A stretch of DNA of 56,770 nt from a virus (taxonomy: Duplodnaviria > Caudoviricetes). This document shows positions 43,979-53,368 of the stretch, piece by piece (position 1 is the first letter of the stretch; each line of letters opens with the position of its first letter). The stretch spans positions 1-56,770 of the IMG/VR virus record IMGVR_UViG_3300032893_000054, one strand, 5' to 3'. The position numbers and the translations under genes were made by a program. Below the pieces are notes generated by a model, which did no database searches, was not told the origin of the DNA, and saw only the letters and a list, made by a program, of their open reading frames with translations.

Positions 43979-45719
43979 GAAGTTTTGTGCGCGCCTAAAA
44001 ATAAAGCATCGTGATCATGGAGGAATGGTCCCGTTCCTGTTCAACCCCTCCCAGCGCAAGATCATGGAGAAGGTGCGGCGCCACCAGTCCAAGCGCCGCC
44101 ACCTGTGGCTGATCTTCCTCAAGGCCCGCCGCCTTGGGATCTCCGTGTGGTCCTCGGCGCTCTCGAACGCACACTGCCTGCAGAAGGTGAATGCCAATGC
44201 CAAGCTCGTCGCCCAGCTCTCGGAAACGTCCAAAGCCATGTACGACCAGTGTGGGGAGTTCGCGGACCAGTTGCCAATGCGCCTGCCGCCCAGAACGCAA
44301 CGTGAAATGTACTTTCCACATTCTGGTGGAATTTCTAAACTCTCACGCGCCACAGCTAAGACAGTCATCGGAGGTAGGGGACTTACTCACTCTTTCCTCC
44401 ACCTCACGGAAGCCGCGTTCTATCCGGGCGAGGACTCATTTATATCGCTACTCAACACAGTATCAGCGGCTGATCCAGATAATGTAGTCGTCATCGAAAC
44501 CACCGCTAACGGCATTGAAGGCCCCGGCCAGGCCTACCACGACTACTGGAAGGCCGCCGAAACCGAGGACAACGAATTCCTCGCGATCTTCCTCCCGTGG
44601 TGGGAAGACCCGGCCTCTCGCCTGCCCGACGCCCTAGCCGAGGACGCCCCTGCCGACGACTACGAGCGCTGGCTGATGTCCGAGTTCAAGTGCTCCCGCG
44701 GCCAGATCGCGTGGTTCCGCTCCACCCTCGAAACGAAGTGTGGCGGCTCGATCTACAAGTGGCGTCAGGAGTACCCCGCCACGCCCGACGAAGCCTTTAT
44801 CTCCTCCGGCGAGCCCATCTTCGATCACGAGGAACTCGAATACATGCGCCAATCCTGCTGCGACCCGATCGCGCTCGGCGATATCCTCGGGCCACCCTCG
44901 GATATGTTCTTCATGGAGCGCCGCAACGGGCCGCTCGCGCTCTGGGAGAAGCCGCAGCCCCTGACCCACTACTTCGTCGGCGTCGACGCGGCCAAGGGCG
45001 TCGAAGAGGGAGACTTCGCAGCTATCGTCGGCTGGAACGCGGAGACCGGTGAGCAGGCATTCCGCTACGCTGGCCGCGTGGGCCCGGAAGCCCTTGCCGA
45101 GAAGGTGAACTATCTATGCCGCTGGTACAACAAGGCGATGGTGAACGTGGAGGTGACCGGTGGATGGGGATACATCGTCGTCAAAGCGCTGCGCGACCAG
45201 TTCCACTATCCGAACCAGTACCTATGGAGGTCTCGCGATGACAAGCCGGACACCAAGCCGCGTCAGGCTCTGGGCTGGGAGACTACTGACCGCACTCGGC
45301 AAATGCTGTTTAACGTATTCCGTACGGCTCTCAGGAACTCCCTCCCAAAGCACTACGGAGATGGAGTTCCGGTACAGAGACGGGAGATCATCGTTAAAGA
45401 TATTCAACTCTACTCTCAGTGCTCCAAGGCCCAATCCGACATCGGCTTTCGCTGGCGCGTCCTCAAGGGCCACGACGACATCGCCATGGCCGCGTGGCTC
45501 GGCTGGATCGCACTGGCTCACTACCACATCCCGCATCCGGACGTGCGCCTCGTAGCCTCCACGATGGAGCAGCGCGAGCCGCGCCTCCCGCTCACCGTCC
45601 AGGACTCCCCTGAAACCACCGCCGCAGGCGTGATCGGCATGACCTCCGAGCGTCACCTGCGCCGCGTGCTAAACTACGGTCGCAACCGCGCTGGCGACGA
45701 CCGACTGAAAGGGATCTGA
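43956..45719 (+). CDS. terL: Terminase large subunit
   Basis: FNPSQ, LKARRLGIS, HLTEAAF, ETTANG, QEYPA, VGVDAAKG, HDD. Confidence 0.93.
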   Translation: MLNLDNFEKFCARLKIKHRDHGGMVPFLFNPSQRKIMEKVRRHQSKRRHLWLIFLKARRLGISVWSSALSNAHCLQKVNANAKLVAQLSETSKAMYDQCGEFADQLPMRLPPRTQREMYFPHSGGISKLSRATAKTVIGGRGLTHSFLHLTEAAFYPGEDSFISLLNTVSAADPDNVVVIETTANGIEGPGQAYHDYWKAAETEDNEFLAIFLPWWEDPASRLPDALAEDAPADDYERWLMSEFKCSRGQIAWFRSTLETKCGGSIYKWRQEYPATPDEAFISSGEPIFDHEELEYMRQSCCDPIALGDILGPPSDMFFMERRNGPLALWEKPQPLTHYFVGVDAAKGVEEGDFAAIVGWNAETGEQAFRYAGRVGPEALAEKVNYLCRWYNKAMVNVEVTGGWGYIVVKALRDQFHYPNQYLWRSRDDKPDTKPRQALGWETTDRTRQMLFNVFRTALRNSLPKHYGDGVPVQRREIIVKDIQLYSQCSKAQSDIGFRWRVLKGHDDIAMAAWLGWIALAHYHIPHPDVRLVASTMEQREPRLPLTVQDSPETTAAGVIGMTSERHLRRVLNYGRNRAGDDRLKGI

Positions 45720-45720
45720 C

Positions 45721-46194
45721 ATGGCCCCCCGCAACCCCTTCGCCTTCCTCGACTCCGAGTCCCCCCGCAACCGGATCTATCTCTTCCTGCTCGCCCTCCT
45801 GCGCAAGCAGCCTTCCGGCGAAGTCACACTCTCCCTCGAAGACCTGACCTCAGTCGAAGAAGGCGCCTCCTTCCACACAATACCCGATGACAAAGGCACC
45901 TCCCTCGTGCTACGATTCGCCCGAAGGGGCGCTGAGGCGTACTTCCTCACGCCGGAGGATCAGCCATCTCCGCCAGCGACGAGACGAACGGCTCGAACTA
46001 CCCAGTTGGCGGTCCCACCGTCACCGGAACTGGACTCTTCGTCACCTCCCCGCCACGCGATCCACGACGACCTCGACCTCGCCCTGCGCGAGGAGGAGAT
46101 GGCGACGCGCATGACCACAGCGCAGCGCCAGCGGACCCAGCAGGCCCGGGCCGCAGCCGGAGCGATGCCGTGGCGCACGGAACGCCCCCAGTAA
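45721..46194 (+). CDS. Hypothetical protein
   Basis: In the operon after terL; consistent codon usage. Confidence 0.6.
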   Translation: MAPRNPFAFLDSESPRNRIYLFLLALLRKQPSGEVTLSLEDLTSVEEGASFHTIPDDKGTSLVLRFARRGAEAYFLTPEDQPSPPATRRTARTTQLAVPPSPELDSSSPPRHAIHDDLDLALREEEMATRMTTAQRQRTQQARAAAGAMPWRTERPQ

Positions 46195-46487
46195 CCGGCG
46201 ACGCCGCAGCCGACCGCCTCACAGCCCTCCAAGTCTTCGAGCGCCTCTCGCGCGCGTTCGCGACCGGCTTCGACGAGTCCGAACCGCAGGCCTACGGCAA
46301 CCTCCTGCGCGACCTCATGGACAACTCCGCCCTGCTCGTCTCCGGCGGCCTGATGTCGGCCAAGGAAGTCCTCGACAAAATTGAGGATCTCCAACAACAC
46401 ATCCGCAAGTCCGGCACGTCTGGCAAGTCCATGACCGACATCTTCCAGTCGTGGCTCAACGATCCCACTCCCCCGGAGGCTGCCTGA
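46170..46487 (+). CDS. Hypothetical helical protein
   Basis: GC3-rich frame; TGATG coupling downstream. Confidence 0.55.
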   Translation: MAHGTPPVTGDAAADRLTALQVFERLSRAFATGFDESEPQAYGNLLRDLMDNSALLVSGGLMSAKEVLDKIEDLQQHIRKSGTSGKSMTDIFQSWLNDPTPPEAA

Positions 46488-46672
46488 TGCCTCAGCTCCA
46501 ACGCGTAGTCGACTATCTCGCTCGTACGATGGACGGCGACCACGACCGCTTCCACGCTTACCAGATATGCAAGACGCTGGAGTACAGCCTCGACTCCCCG
46601 ACTCCAGCCACCCGCGCCGCCTTCGCTGACGCTCACGCATGGTGGCTGCAGCACACGCGGAGGGCCGCCTGA
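46487..46672 (+). CDS. Hypothetical protein
   Basis: GGAGG RBS; coupled. Confidence 0.55.
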   Translation: MPQLQRVVDYLARTMDGDHDRFHAYQICKTLEYSLDSPTPATRAAFADAHAWWLQHTRRAA

Positions 46673-46863
46673 TGTCGCGCCTCATCGCCCGCCACGGCGT
46701 CATCGAGTGCCCGGTCTGCGACGTCCGTCTGCTCACGCTGATCGAGTGGGACCGCCGGCTGGCCCTGATGCAGCATCCCGTGACTCCGATGTGCTGCTTC
46801 GGTAACCTCAAGTTTCGAGTCAACCGCCTGAACGGCGACGCGGAGATCATCCATGAAGCGTAA
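46672..46863 (+). CDS. Small Zn-ribbon protein
   Basis: GGAGG RBS; CPVC. Confidence 0.55.
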   Translation: MSRLIARHGVIECPVCDVRLLTLIEWDRRLALMQHPVTPMCCFGNLKFRVNRLNGDAEIIHEA

Positions 46864-46964
46864 TCCCCAGAAGTACACCTTCCACCGCGCTGCATCTCGT
46901 CCCCGAGGGCGCAGCGGTAACGGTCGTGTCTCGGCGCCAGCACGCCACCGGAGGCGGTACTGAG

Positions 46965-47147
46965 ATGCCCCGCCCCGTCCCACTCCCCTCCACCGACTAC
47001 GGCTCCCCCGACGAGGAGACCAACCGCGTGTTCCGCCGTAAGCAGGGCACGCTGCCCGGCACGCGCGTCGGCATCCCCGGGCGCTCGGACTCGCCACAAC
47101 GCAGCGACGGCTCATGGAGGCCCGGTCCCATAAAGCGCAATGGCTAA
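46965..47147 (+). CDS. Hypothetical protein
   Basis: GGAGG RBS; overlaps the portal start. Confidence 0.45.
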   Translation: MPRPVPLPSTDYGSPDEETNRVFRRKQGTLPGTRVGIPGRSDSPQRSDGSWRPGPIKRNG

Positions 47148-48822
47148 CCTCGCCCTCATCACGTCGCGGAAATCGGCAGACTACTACTCCCCCATCTCGA
47201 AACATTTAGACGAGTGGCAGCGCCTATCCCGCGACTACCGCGACCAGAAGCTCGGCAAAAACTGGTTCGACGAGGTCGAGGCCTTCTACCAACTGACCGA
47301 GGGCGGCGACCCGCTCCCTTCCTTCCGCCCGCAGGTGCGCGTTCCCCAGCTCCAAGTCCTGATGATGCACGAGGCCAACGACCTCTCGGAGACCTCCCCG
47401 CGCCCCTACATCGTAGACATCGAGCGCGGCCAGCGCGACTCCGAGCGGGAGAAGGCCCTCCAGGCCGCATGGCGACTCGCCCAAGTCAACTATCACTCCA
47501 TGTTCACCACGCTCATGTCGCTCTTCAGCGGCATGTGCCCGATGCAGGTCGGCTACGACCCGGACGCGCGCCAGGGACGCGGCGCCGTGTGGACCAAGAT
47601 GCGCGATCCCCGCACCTTCGACTGCGACCCGGCTGCCGACTATACCTGCAACTGGTCGTGGATCATGTTCGAGGATCGCGAGCATCTCGAAAAGGTGAAA
47701 TCCGATTGGGGCGCCGCCGCCTCCCAAGTCCGTCCGCGTGTCTCCGGCAAGTCCGTCTCTCCGATGCTCGGCGACTCCGCCTACGGCGTTGACATGCCCT
47801 CCGGCCCGATGTCGATGGTGCCCGGCCTCCCGCGCGGCCACGCGATCCCCTCCGACAACCGGGTCCGCGTCCGGCGCTGCTACCTGCTCGACTACACCCG
47901 CGAACAAGTGGAGTCCCACACGCTCCCCTCCGGCGCGATGGTGCCTGCTGACTTCTCTTGGCGCTACCCGAACGGCCGCATGATCGTCGAGTGCGAAGGC
48001 TACACGCTGTTCGACGGCGACAACCCATACCCGCTGCGCATGTTCCCCGCGGTCCCCTTCTGGTCGACCCTCCCCCTCTACGGCGTATGGACGGTCCCGG
48101 CGATCCGCTACTCCAAAGACCTGCAGAACGTGGCTGAGCGGCTCTACACCAACGTGTTCGAGAACGTCGTCCGCCTCAACAATGGCGTATGGTTCATCGA
48201 CGAGCGTACGGGCATCGACCCGGAATCCTTCGGTGGCATGCCGGGCGAGGTGCAGATCATCAACGCCAACTCCCCCGCGCCGACAATGGTCAGCCCACCG
48301 CAGATGCCGCAACAGATGACGCAGTTCCCCCAACTCCTCCTCGACAAACAGAAGGAGCTCCAAGGCTTCACCGACGCGCGCGCGGGCAAGCCGGGCGCAG
48401 GCAACATCTCCCCGGAACTGTTCGACTCCTCCGTGATCCGCTCGCAAGGCGTGACCCAGCTCCGCGGCCGCCTGAACTCTGTCTCCTACCAGCGCCTGGG
48501 CGAGCTCCTGTTCTACACCATGGCCCGCTTCCAGCCGACGCAGACCATGCACACCAAGACCTCCGCGGGCTACGACGCGATCAAGTGGCAATCGACCAAC
48601 CGTCCGGACCAGTTCGACTTCGAGCTCGACACGGCCTCGATCCTCCCGTTCTCGCAGGCCATGCTGCGCAAGATGGCGCCGGAGCTGCGCAAGGCTGGCC
48701 TGCTCGACGTGCACACGACTCTCGAAACGCTGGAGTTCCCCGACGCCGAGAAGATCGCTACCAACCTCGAACAGGAGCAGGCCCTCGCCGCCCTCGCGAA
48801 ATCCAAAGGAGCGCGCAAGTGA
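47140..48822 (+). CDS. Portal protein (podovirus-type)
   Basis: 560 aa between terL and scaffold; DPRTFDCDP, NPYP...FP.VPF, KDLQ, SELFD-like helix pattern. Confidence 0.85.
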   Translation: MANLALITSRKSADYYSPISKHLDEWQRLSRDYRDQKLGKNWFDEVEAFYQLTEGGDPLPSFRPQVRVPQLQVLMMHEANDLSETSPRPYIVDIERGQRDSEREKALQAAWRLAQVNYHSMFTTLMSLFSGMCPMQVGYDPDARQGRGAVWTKMRDPRTFDCDPAADYTCNWSWIMFEDREHLEKVKSDWGAAASQVRPRVSGKSVSPMLGDSAYGVDMPSGPMSMVPGLPRGHAIPSDNRVRVRRCYLLDYTREQVESHTLPSGAMVPADFSWRYPNGRMIVECEGYTLFDGDNPYPLRMFPAVPFWSTLPLYGVWTVPAIRYSKDLQNVAERLYTNVFENVVRLNNGVWFIDERTGIDPESFGGMPGEVQIINANSPAPTMVSPPQMPQQMTQFPQLLLDKQKELQGFTDARAGKPGAGNISPELFDSSVIRSQGVTQLRGRLNSVSYQRLGELLFYTMARFQPTQTMHTKTSAGYDAIKWQSTNRPDQFDFELDTASILPFSQAMLRKMAPELRKAGLLDVHTTLETLEFPDAEKIATNLEQEQALAALAKSKGARK

Positions 48823-49019
48823 CTCCCCCTGCCCTACCGCATCCCGATTGGCGCGGCCAGTGGCTCTCGGTCCACGATCTCGCCGCCATCATAGGCAAGT
48901 CCTACTTCAACGTCTACCACTTGATCCAACAGGACACGCAGGGCCTCTCCATCCTGCGCTGCGGCGGCCGCATCTGGGTGCGTATCGATCCCAGCATCTA
49001 CGACGCGCTCGTCTCCTGA
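48819..49019 (+). CDS. Winged HTH (HTH_17/excisionase-like) protein
   Basis: WLSVHDLAAIIGKSYFNVYHLI...GGRIWV. Confidence 0.6.
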   Translation: MTPPALPHPDWRGQWLSVHDLAAIIGKSYFNVYHLIQQDTQGLSILRCGGRIWVRIDPSIYDALVS

Positions 49020-49099
49020 CCATTCCCCCTGCGTCCCCGCGTCGTATGTTTTAACCGTTATCCTTTACACTCTCCCGCTCCGTCCTCCATGCTGTCAGC

Positions 49100-49342
49100 G
49101 TGCAACCGGGACTGGAAATCCTCGAACTCGATCCCAGCGGATCCGACTACGTCCGTGCGCGTGTAGCGCTTCATGGCCGCCTTGCGATCCCGTTCGAGTT
49201 TCCCAAGTCCGATTACGTTGAAACATTCCGCCGCCCGGACGCTCTCGAAGCGTTCCTCGCGCGGCAGGCCGAGACCCTGCTCGAACGCTACGGTGACGCG
49301 CGTGAGCAACGGCCCGAGCCGATGGACGAATTTGTTGCGTGA
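49100..49342 (+). CDS. Hypothetical protein
   Basis: GTG start 6 nt after a TTTACA-18-CATGCT promoter-like site. Confidence 0.55.
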   Translation: MQPGLEILELDPSGSDYVRARVALHGRLAIPFEFPKSDYVETFRRPDALEAFLARQAETLLERYGDAREQRPEPMDEFVA

Positions 49343-49398
49343 CCGGCGGGCGATGCTCTTCTCTCCCCGCACGGAATATACGAGAGGAGGTAATACAC

Positions 49399-49434
49399 AT
49401 GGCACGTCGGAAACGTCACTCGAAACGCAAGTAG
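49399..49434 (+). CDS. 11-aa basic micropeptide MARRKRHSKRK
   Basis: Very strong RBS GAGAGGAGGT 7 nt upstream of the ATG. Confidence 0.55.
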   Translation: MARRKRHSKRK

Positions 49435-49504
49435 TGGTGGATTGAGATTCAACCGGAGCGGGGCCAACGTGGTGCCCGCTCCATCACTGACGGAGGTAGC
49501 GACA

Positions 49505-49675
49505 ATGGCACCAGAGCGTATGGGCAAGTCATTCGATGATTCCATGCTCAAGTCCCCACTGACCGTGGGACGGCCCAAGAACGAACCCGGCCCGGAAACG
49601 AACAATGTCCCGGTGGCCAAGCCCGAAGACCCGCTGAAGTTCATCCCCATGAACTCGCGCAAGTCAGGAAGGTAG
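49505..49675 (+). CDS. Hypothetical protein (56 aa)
   Basis: GGAGGT RBS. Confidence 0.6.
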   Translation: MAPERMGKSFDDSMLKSPLTVGRPKNEPGPETNNVPVAKPEDPLKFIPMNSRKSGR

Positions 49676-49681
49676 CTCACC

Positions 49682-49816
49682 ATGCGAGGACATCACAAGC
49701 GCGGCAAGTCCCTGAAGCCGGGTGGCAAGTTCGGATTCAAATCCGCCCACATCCCGATGAAAGGCCCGCGGCGGACCAAGAAGATGCACGGACGGCGCGG
49801 AGGGGTACGCTCCTAG
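49682..49816 (+). CDS. 44-aa basic Gly/Lys/Arg/His-rich protein
   Basis: Manual translation MRGHHKRGKSLKPGGKFGFKSAHIPMKGPRRTKKMHGRRGGVRS; AGGAAGGT RBS. Confidence 0.6.
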   Translation: MRGHHKRGKSLKPGGKFGFKSAHIPMKGPRRTKKMHGRRGGVRS

Positions 49817-49820
49817 TCCC

Positions 49821-50228
49821 ATGGCCACTCCCCCGGTCAACCTGCCAGCCATGCGAGCATCGCAGATGATCCAGCAACTCGCACAGCGTGGCCCTTCTGC
49901 TGGTGGCGCTTCCCCCGAAGCCGCTGGGCAGCAATTCTCACAGCAACTGGCAGAACTGAAGGGCGCTGATCCGCAGCTCCTTGTCAAAGGGGCTGAGCAG
50001 ATGAAAGCTATGGCGACTGCGATCTACGTGCGCACTTCGTTCCAGGTTCCCGAGGCCGCGCGCCACATAGCACAGGCTACGAAGTCTCTGGACGCTGCGA
50101 TCAAGGCGCTCCAGCAAGCCGCTGGCACGGTCAACACAGTATCGGCCCCGATCGTCAACAACGCCGGCATGCCTCCCACGCAGATGGGCGGCGAGCAGCA
50201 GCCCGGCGGAGAAGGGATGGTAGCGTAA
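49821..50228 (+). CDS. Hypothetical Ala/Gln-rich head-module protein
   Basis: GGAGG RBS; TAATG coupling to the scaffold gene. Confidence 0.65.
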   Translation: MATPPVNLPAMRASQMIQQLAQRGPSAGGASPEAAGQQFSQQLAELKGADPQLLVKGAEQMKAMATAIYVRTSFQVPEAARHIAQATKSLDAAIKALQQAAGTVNTVSAPIVNNAGMPPTQMGGEQQPGGEGMVA

Positions 50229-51070
50229 TGGCAAAGAAATGGAAGGATATTCTCAAGGACTCTCAGGCCTTCCCCGATGACTTCGTCGTCGCGCTCAAGA
50301 TCGACGGCAAGGACGAGACTCTCTCCCTCGGCGAGATGCGTGCCTACGACCGTGAGACCGAGGGCGCTCTGACCCAGCGCCTGACCGCCAAGGAGCAGGA
50401 AGTCGCCAAGCGCGAAACCCTCCTCAACACCGCCTCGATCGAGTTCGGCAAGGTGGTCGAGCGCGTGGCCGAGAACGCTGGCCTCTCCGTCGACGACCTG
50501 CTGGCGGGGAAGACGCCTACGAAGCGCTCTGTCGCCGCAGCCGCGGACCTCGATGAGAACGATCCTCTCGTCGGCAAGCTGGTCAAAGAATTCAACTCCC
50601 TCAAGTCCACCCTCGCGACCCAGTCCGAGGAGATCGGCAAGTTGCGCAAGGAAGCGCTCGGCCCGATGCTCAACACGTACCTCGAAGACTACTACGAGTC
50701 CACGTGGGACAAGCTCTCTCCCTCCCTGCCCGAAGGCGCGTCCGTGACCCGCGACGCGGCCATCAAGTACGCGCAGGACAACGGCTACAAAGACAAAAAG
50801 GGCCGACTGGACCTCTCGAAGGCTGTGAAAGACCTGACCTACGACGCGCGCGTACAGGCCGACGCGAAGAAGATCGCCGCCGACCTCCGCAAGAAGGCCG
50901 ACGACGAGCGCATCCTGGCCAACGCGCCCAAGCCCTCCGGCACGCACCTGAACCAGAAGCCGGATAAGTCCATCCTGAACGCCCAAGGCCGGGTGAAGTC
51001 GATCGACGAGGCCCTGATGGACGCAGCCAACGATACCGACCTGTGGCGCGGTATCGCCGGGAACGCATAG
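50228..51070 (+). CDS. Capsid scaffolding protein
   Basis: Charged and helical; KIDGKDETLSLGEM motif; directly upstream of the MCP. Confidence 0.65.
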   Translation: MAKKWKDILKDSQAFPDDFVVALKIDGKDETLSLGEMRAYDRETEGALTQRLTAKEQEVAKRETLLNTASIEFGKVVERVAENAGLSVDDLLAGKTPTKRSVAAAADLDENDPLVGKLVKEFNSLKSTLATQSEEIGKLRKEALGPMLNTYLEDYYESTWDKLSPSLPEGASVTRDAAIKYAQDNGYKDKKGRLDLSKAVKDLTYDARVQADAKKIAADLRKKADDERILANAPKPSGTHLNQKPDKSILNAQGRVKSIDEALMDAANDTDLWRGIAGNA

Positions 51071-51143
51071 CCCCGGACGCAGTCAGCCGCACCAGTAGAT
51101 TCGCAGCCGGAGTCACTCCCGGCCGCACTCAAGGAGCCTTATC

Positions 51144-52133
51144 ATGGCGAACAGCGTAGTGGGACTCGGACTGGCGACACCTCCTGTCCAGCTCTCGAAC
51201 ACCGTCAACGCGATCTCCCAGAAATACATTGTCCCGGTACTCGGCGACAACGTATTCAAGCCCTCCCCCGTATTCTGGGGCTTGACGCGCGACGGCAAGA
51301 AATTCGGAGCAGGCGAACTGGTCTTCCCCGAAATCAACCAGGAAGAGCTCCCCGGCGGCGCCTACTACGGCGACCAGCTGCTCGACACTTCGGTCGTCGA
51401 CTCGGTGCAGCCTGCCAACCAGCCGTGGAAGCCGTACCGCCAGCCGATCGTGATCCCGATCACGGACGTGATCCTCAATCGTGGCGGCGCGGGCAACCTC
51501 GACATCATCAAGCTCAAGTACCAGACGGCCTCGGGATCCTTCCTCCAGAAGCTATCCCGCGCCCTGTGGCACACCTCGCCGCAGAACACCCCCCTCGACG
51601 TCGATGACATCGACTCCTGGCTGGGTCAGACCACGAACAACATCGCGGGCATCAACCGCAACCTCGCGGCCAACGCCTTCTGGCAGCCACAGGCGAACCA
51701 ATCGAACACCTCCGGCGCGCTGACGCCGACCACCGCCGAGATCGCGTACCAGGCGGTCACGTTCGGCTACGACGAGCCGGACATGATGATCATCGTGCAG
51801 AACCGCTACGCCGGGTTCAAGGGCAACTTCACCACGCTGGTGCGATTCGGCCAGGGCATGCAGGACGAGGAAGCGTTGCAGGTTGGCTTCCGCAACCACT
51901 TCCTGTTCAACAACGCCATCGTGGTGCCGGACGTATTCTGCCTCAGCAACAGTGCGTACTTCCTGAATTCGAAGTATATGTTCCCGGTGTTCCACGAGGC
52001 GGACTACTTCAATGTGGATCCGTTCGTGAAACCCAGTAATCAAAGGGTGCTCGTGAGTACCATGTACTTGACATGGAACGTTTCAAATATATCTCCCAGA
52101 ATGGGCATTAAAATCACTAACATAACGGCCTAG
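51144..52133 (+). CDS. Major capsid protein (HK97 fold)
   Basis: 329 aa after the scaffold; DNVFKPSP, YYGDQLL, IAGINR...FWQ, EPD, YFLNSKY. Confidence 0.85.
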   Translation: MANSVVGLGLATPPVQLSNTVNAISQKYIVPVLGDNVFKPSPVFWGLTRDGKKFGAGELVFPEINQEELPGGAYYGDQLLDTSVVDSVQPANQPWKPYRQPIVIPITDVILNRGGAGNLDIIKLKYQTASGSFLQKLSRALWHTSPQNTPLDVDDIDSWLGQTTNNIAGINRNLAANAFWQPQANQSNTSGALTPTTAEIAYQAVTFGYDEPDMMIIVQNRYAGFKGNFTTLVRFGQGMQDEEALQVGFRNHFLFNNAIVVPDVFCLSNSAYFLNSKYMFPVFHEADYFNVDPFVKPSNQRVLVSTMYLTWNVSNISPRMGIKITNITA

Positions 52134-52157
52134 GTCGTTATTCAGTTCTTTGAAAAC

Positions 52158-52186
52158 TTGACTATTTTTCACTTCATGCTTAACAT
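52158..52186 (+). promoter_or_regulatory. Promoter carried by the endonuclease insert
   Basis: TTGACT-17nt-TAACAT, then a GGAGGT RBS. Confidence 0.55.
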
Positions 52187-52203
52187 GTAACTCGGAGGTA
52201 ATT

Positions 52204-52695
52204 ATGCCGAGACGTGGACCAGATCATGAAGTGGACTACGAAGCTATAAGCCAGATCGATTGGGCAAGGATTGCAGCCTACATCGACGGTGAGGGTTGTA
52301 TTCGGATTCACCAAAACAGCCCACACACGAAAACCGGAGAGATTTACCACGGGGTTCTGATCATCGTAGCTCAGCGGGAGCCAGCACTCCCGGAGTGGCT
52401 TGTAGCAACATTCGGAGGCTTTCTCTATCGCTCTAAGGCGCAAGAGGGAAAGACGACGATGACGTACTGGCGGGCCTCTACCGTTCAGGCTTGCGAAATC
52501 CTGAAACGGTGCAGACCTTACATGATAGTCAAGGGAGCACAGGCCGACATAGCCATTGAGTACAGGGAGACTACTGGAGGGACCGGGAGAAAGGTTCCTG
52601 AAGAGATCAAACTGAGGCGACAGGCGCTAAGGCTTAAGTTGGATGCTTTGAAGCATGGTCACAAGGCTAAGGTAGAAATCGAAAGCTCGGTGTGA
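52204..52695 (+). CDS. Single-motif LAGLIDADG homing endonuclease
   Basis: IAAYIDGEG, WLVATFGG, PYMIVKGAQA. Confidence 0.88.
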   Translation: MPRRGPDHEVDYEAISQIDWARIAAYIDGEGCIRIHQNSPHTKTGEIYHGVLIIVAQREPALPEWLVATFGGFLYRSKAQEGKTTMTYWRASTVQACEILKRCRPYMIVKGAQADIAIEYRETTGGTGRKVPEEIKLRRQALRLKLDALKHGHKAKVEIESSV

Positions 52696-52705
52696 GGGAC
52701 AGAAA

Positions 52706-53161
52706 ATGATCATCAACACGATTAAGAAATGGTACGCGGGTGGCGGCTCCCCGACCGTGTATTTCAGTAATCAGAACTTCAACATCACCAATGGCAACAC
52801 GACCGTCTCCTGCCCGGTCGGTGCGAACGTCCAGACCAACCAGTCGGGCATCGGGCCGGTGACCGTCGGCATGGTGCGCGTCAAGACGGAGCAGTGCGGC
52901 AGCTTCGTCAACACGGGCAACACCTACCCGAACGCGCAGATCGCCCGCGTGATCGCCATCACCGGGGACGACGCGGCCTCGAACACGGTCCTGCTCTACA
53001 CCGGGGACACCAACATCGCGGTCGCCAACGCGAATTTCGACATCATCTACGAGTTCTCGTGCGACCTCGCGCTGGCCAACGTCAACGTGATCATCAACGT
53101 GCTCAACGTGAACTCCACGGGCAACGCGGTGATGTCGGTGGAAGTGGCTGCCGGGCCGTAA
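52706..53161 (+). CDS. Putative capsid decoration/cement protein
   Basis: Beta-rich, Asn/Val-rich; adjacent to the MCP once the HEG is discounted; followed by a terminator. Confidence 0.5.
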   Translation: MIINTIKKWYAGGGSPTVYFSNQNFNITNGNTTVSCPVGANVQTNQSGIGPVTVGMVRVKTEQCGSFVNTGNTYPNAQIARVIAITGDDAASNTVLLYTGDTNIAVANANFDIIYEFSCDLALANVNVIINVLNVNSTGNAVMSVEVAAGP

Positions 53162-53204
53162 CCACCAGCCCAACATTTGTCGCTGCTGTACCTGTTAGGG
53201 GAGA

Positions 53205-53238
53205 GCCGAAGTCGGCGCGAGTCGGCTTCGGCCATTTT
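53205..53238 (+). terminator. Rho-independent terminator
   Basis: 12-bp stem GCCGAAGTCGGC/GTCGGCTTCGGC, GCGA tetraloop, then CATTTT. Confidence 0.7.
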
Positions 53239-53254
53239 CGTTAAGGAGGATTCG

Positions 53255-53362
53255 ATGGCATACCGTCACAAGCCCCGCGGCCCCAAGGAACGCAAATACA
53301 TGGGCAAGCTCTACCGCTTCGCCGACAAGATGAAGCGTGGGCGCAAATCCAAGCGAGCGTAA
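53255..53362 (+). CDS. 35-aa basic protein MAYRHKPRG...KRGRKSKRA
   Basis: TAAGGAGG RBS. Confidence 0.65.
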   Translation: MAYRHKPRGPKERKYMGKLYRFADKMKRGRKSKRA

Positions 53363-53368
53363 CCGCCT

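Noticed and set aside
48819-49019. Excisionase implying an integrating prophage
   Set aside because: No integrase or att-like context; such HTH genes often follow portals.
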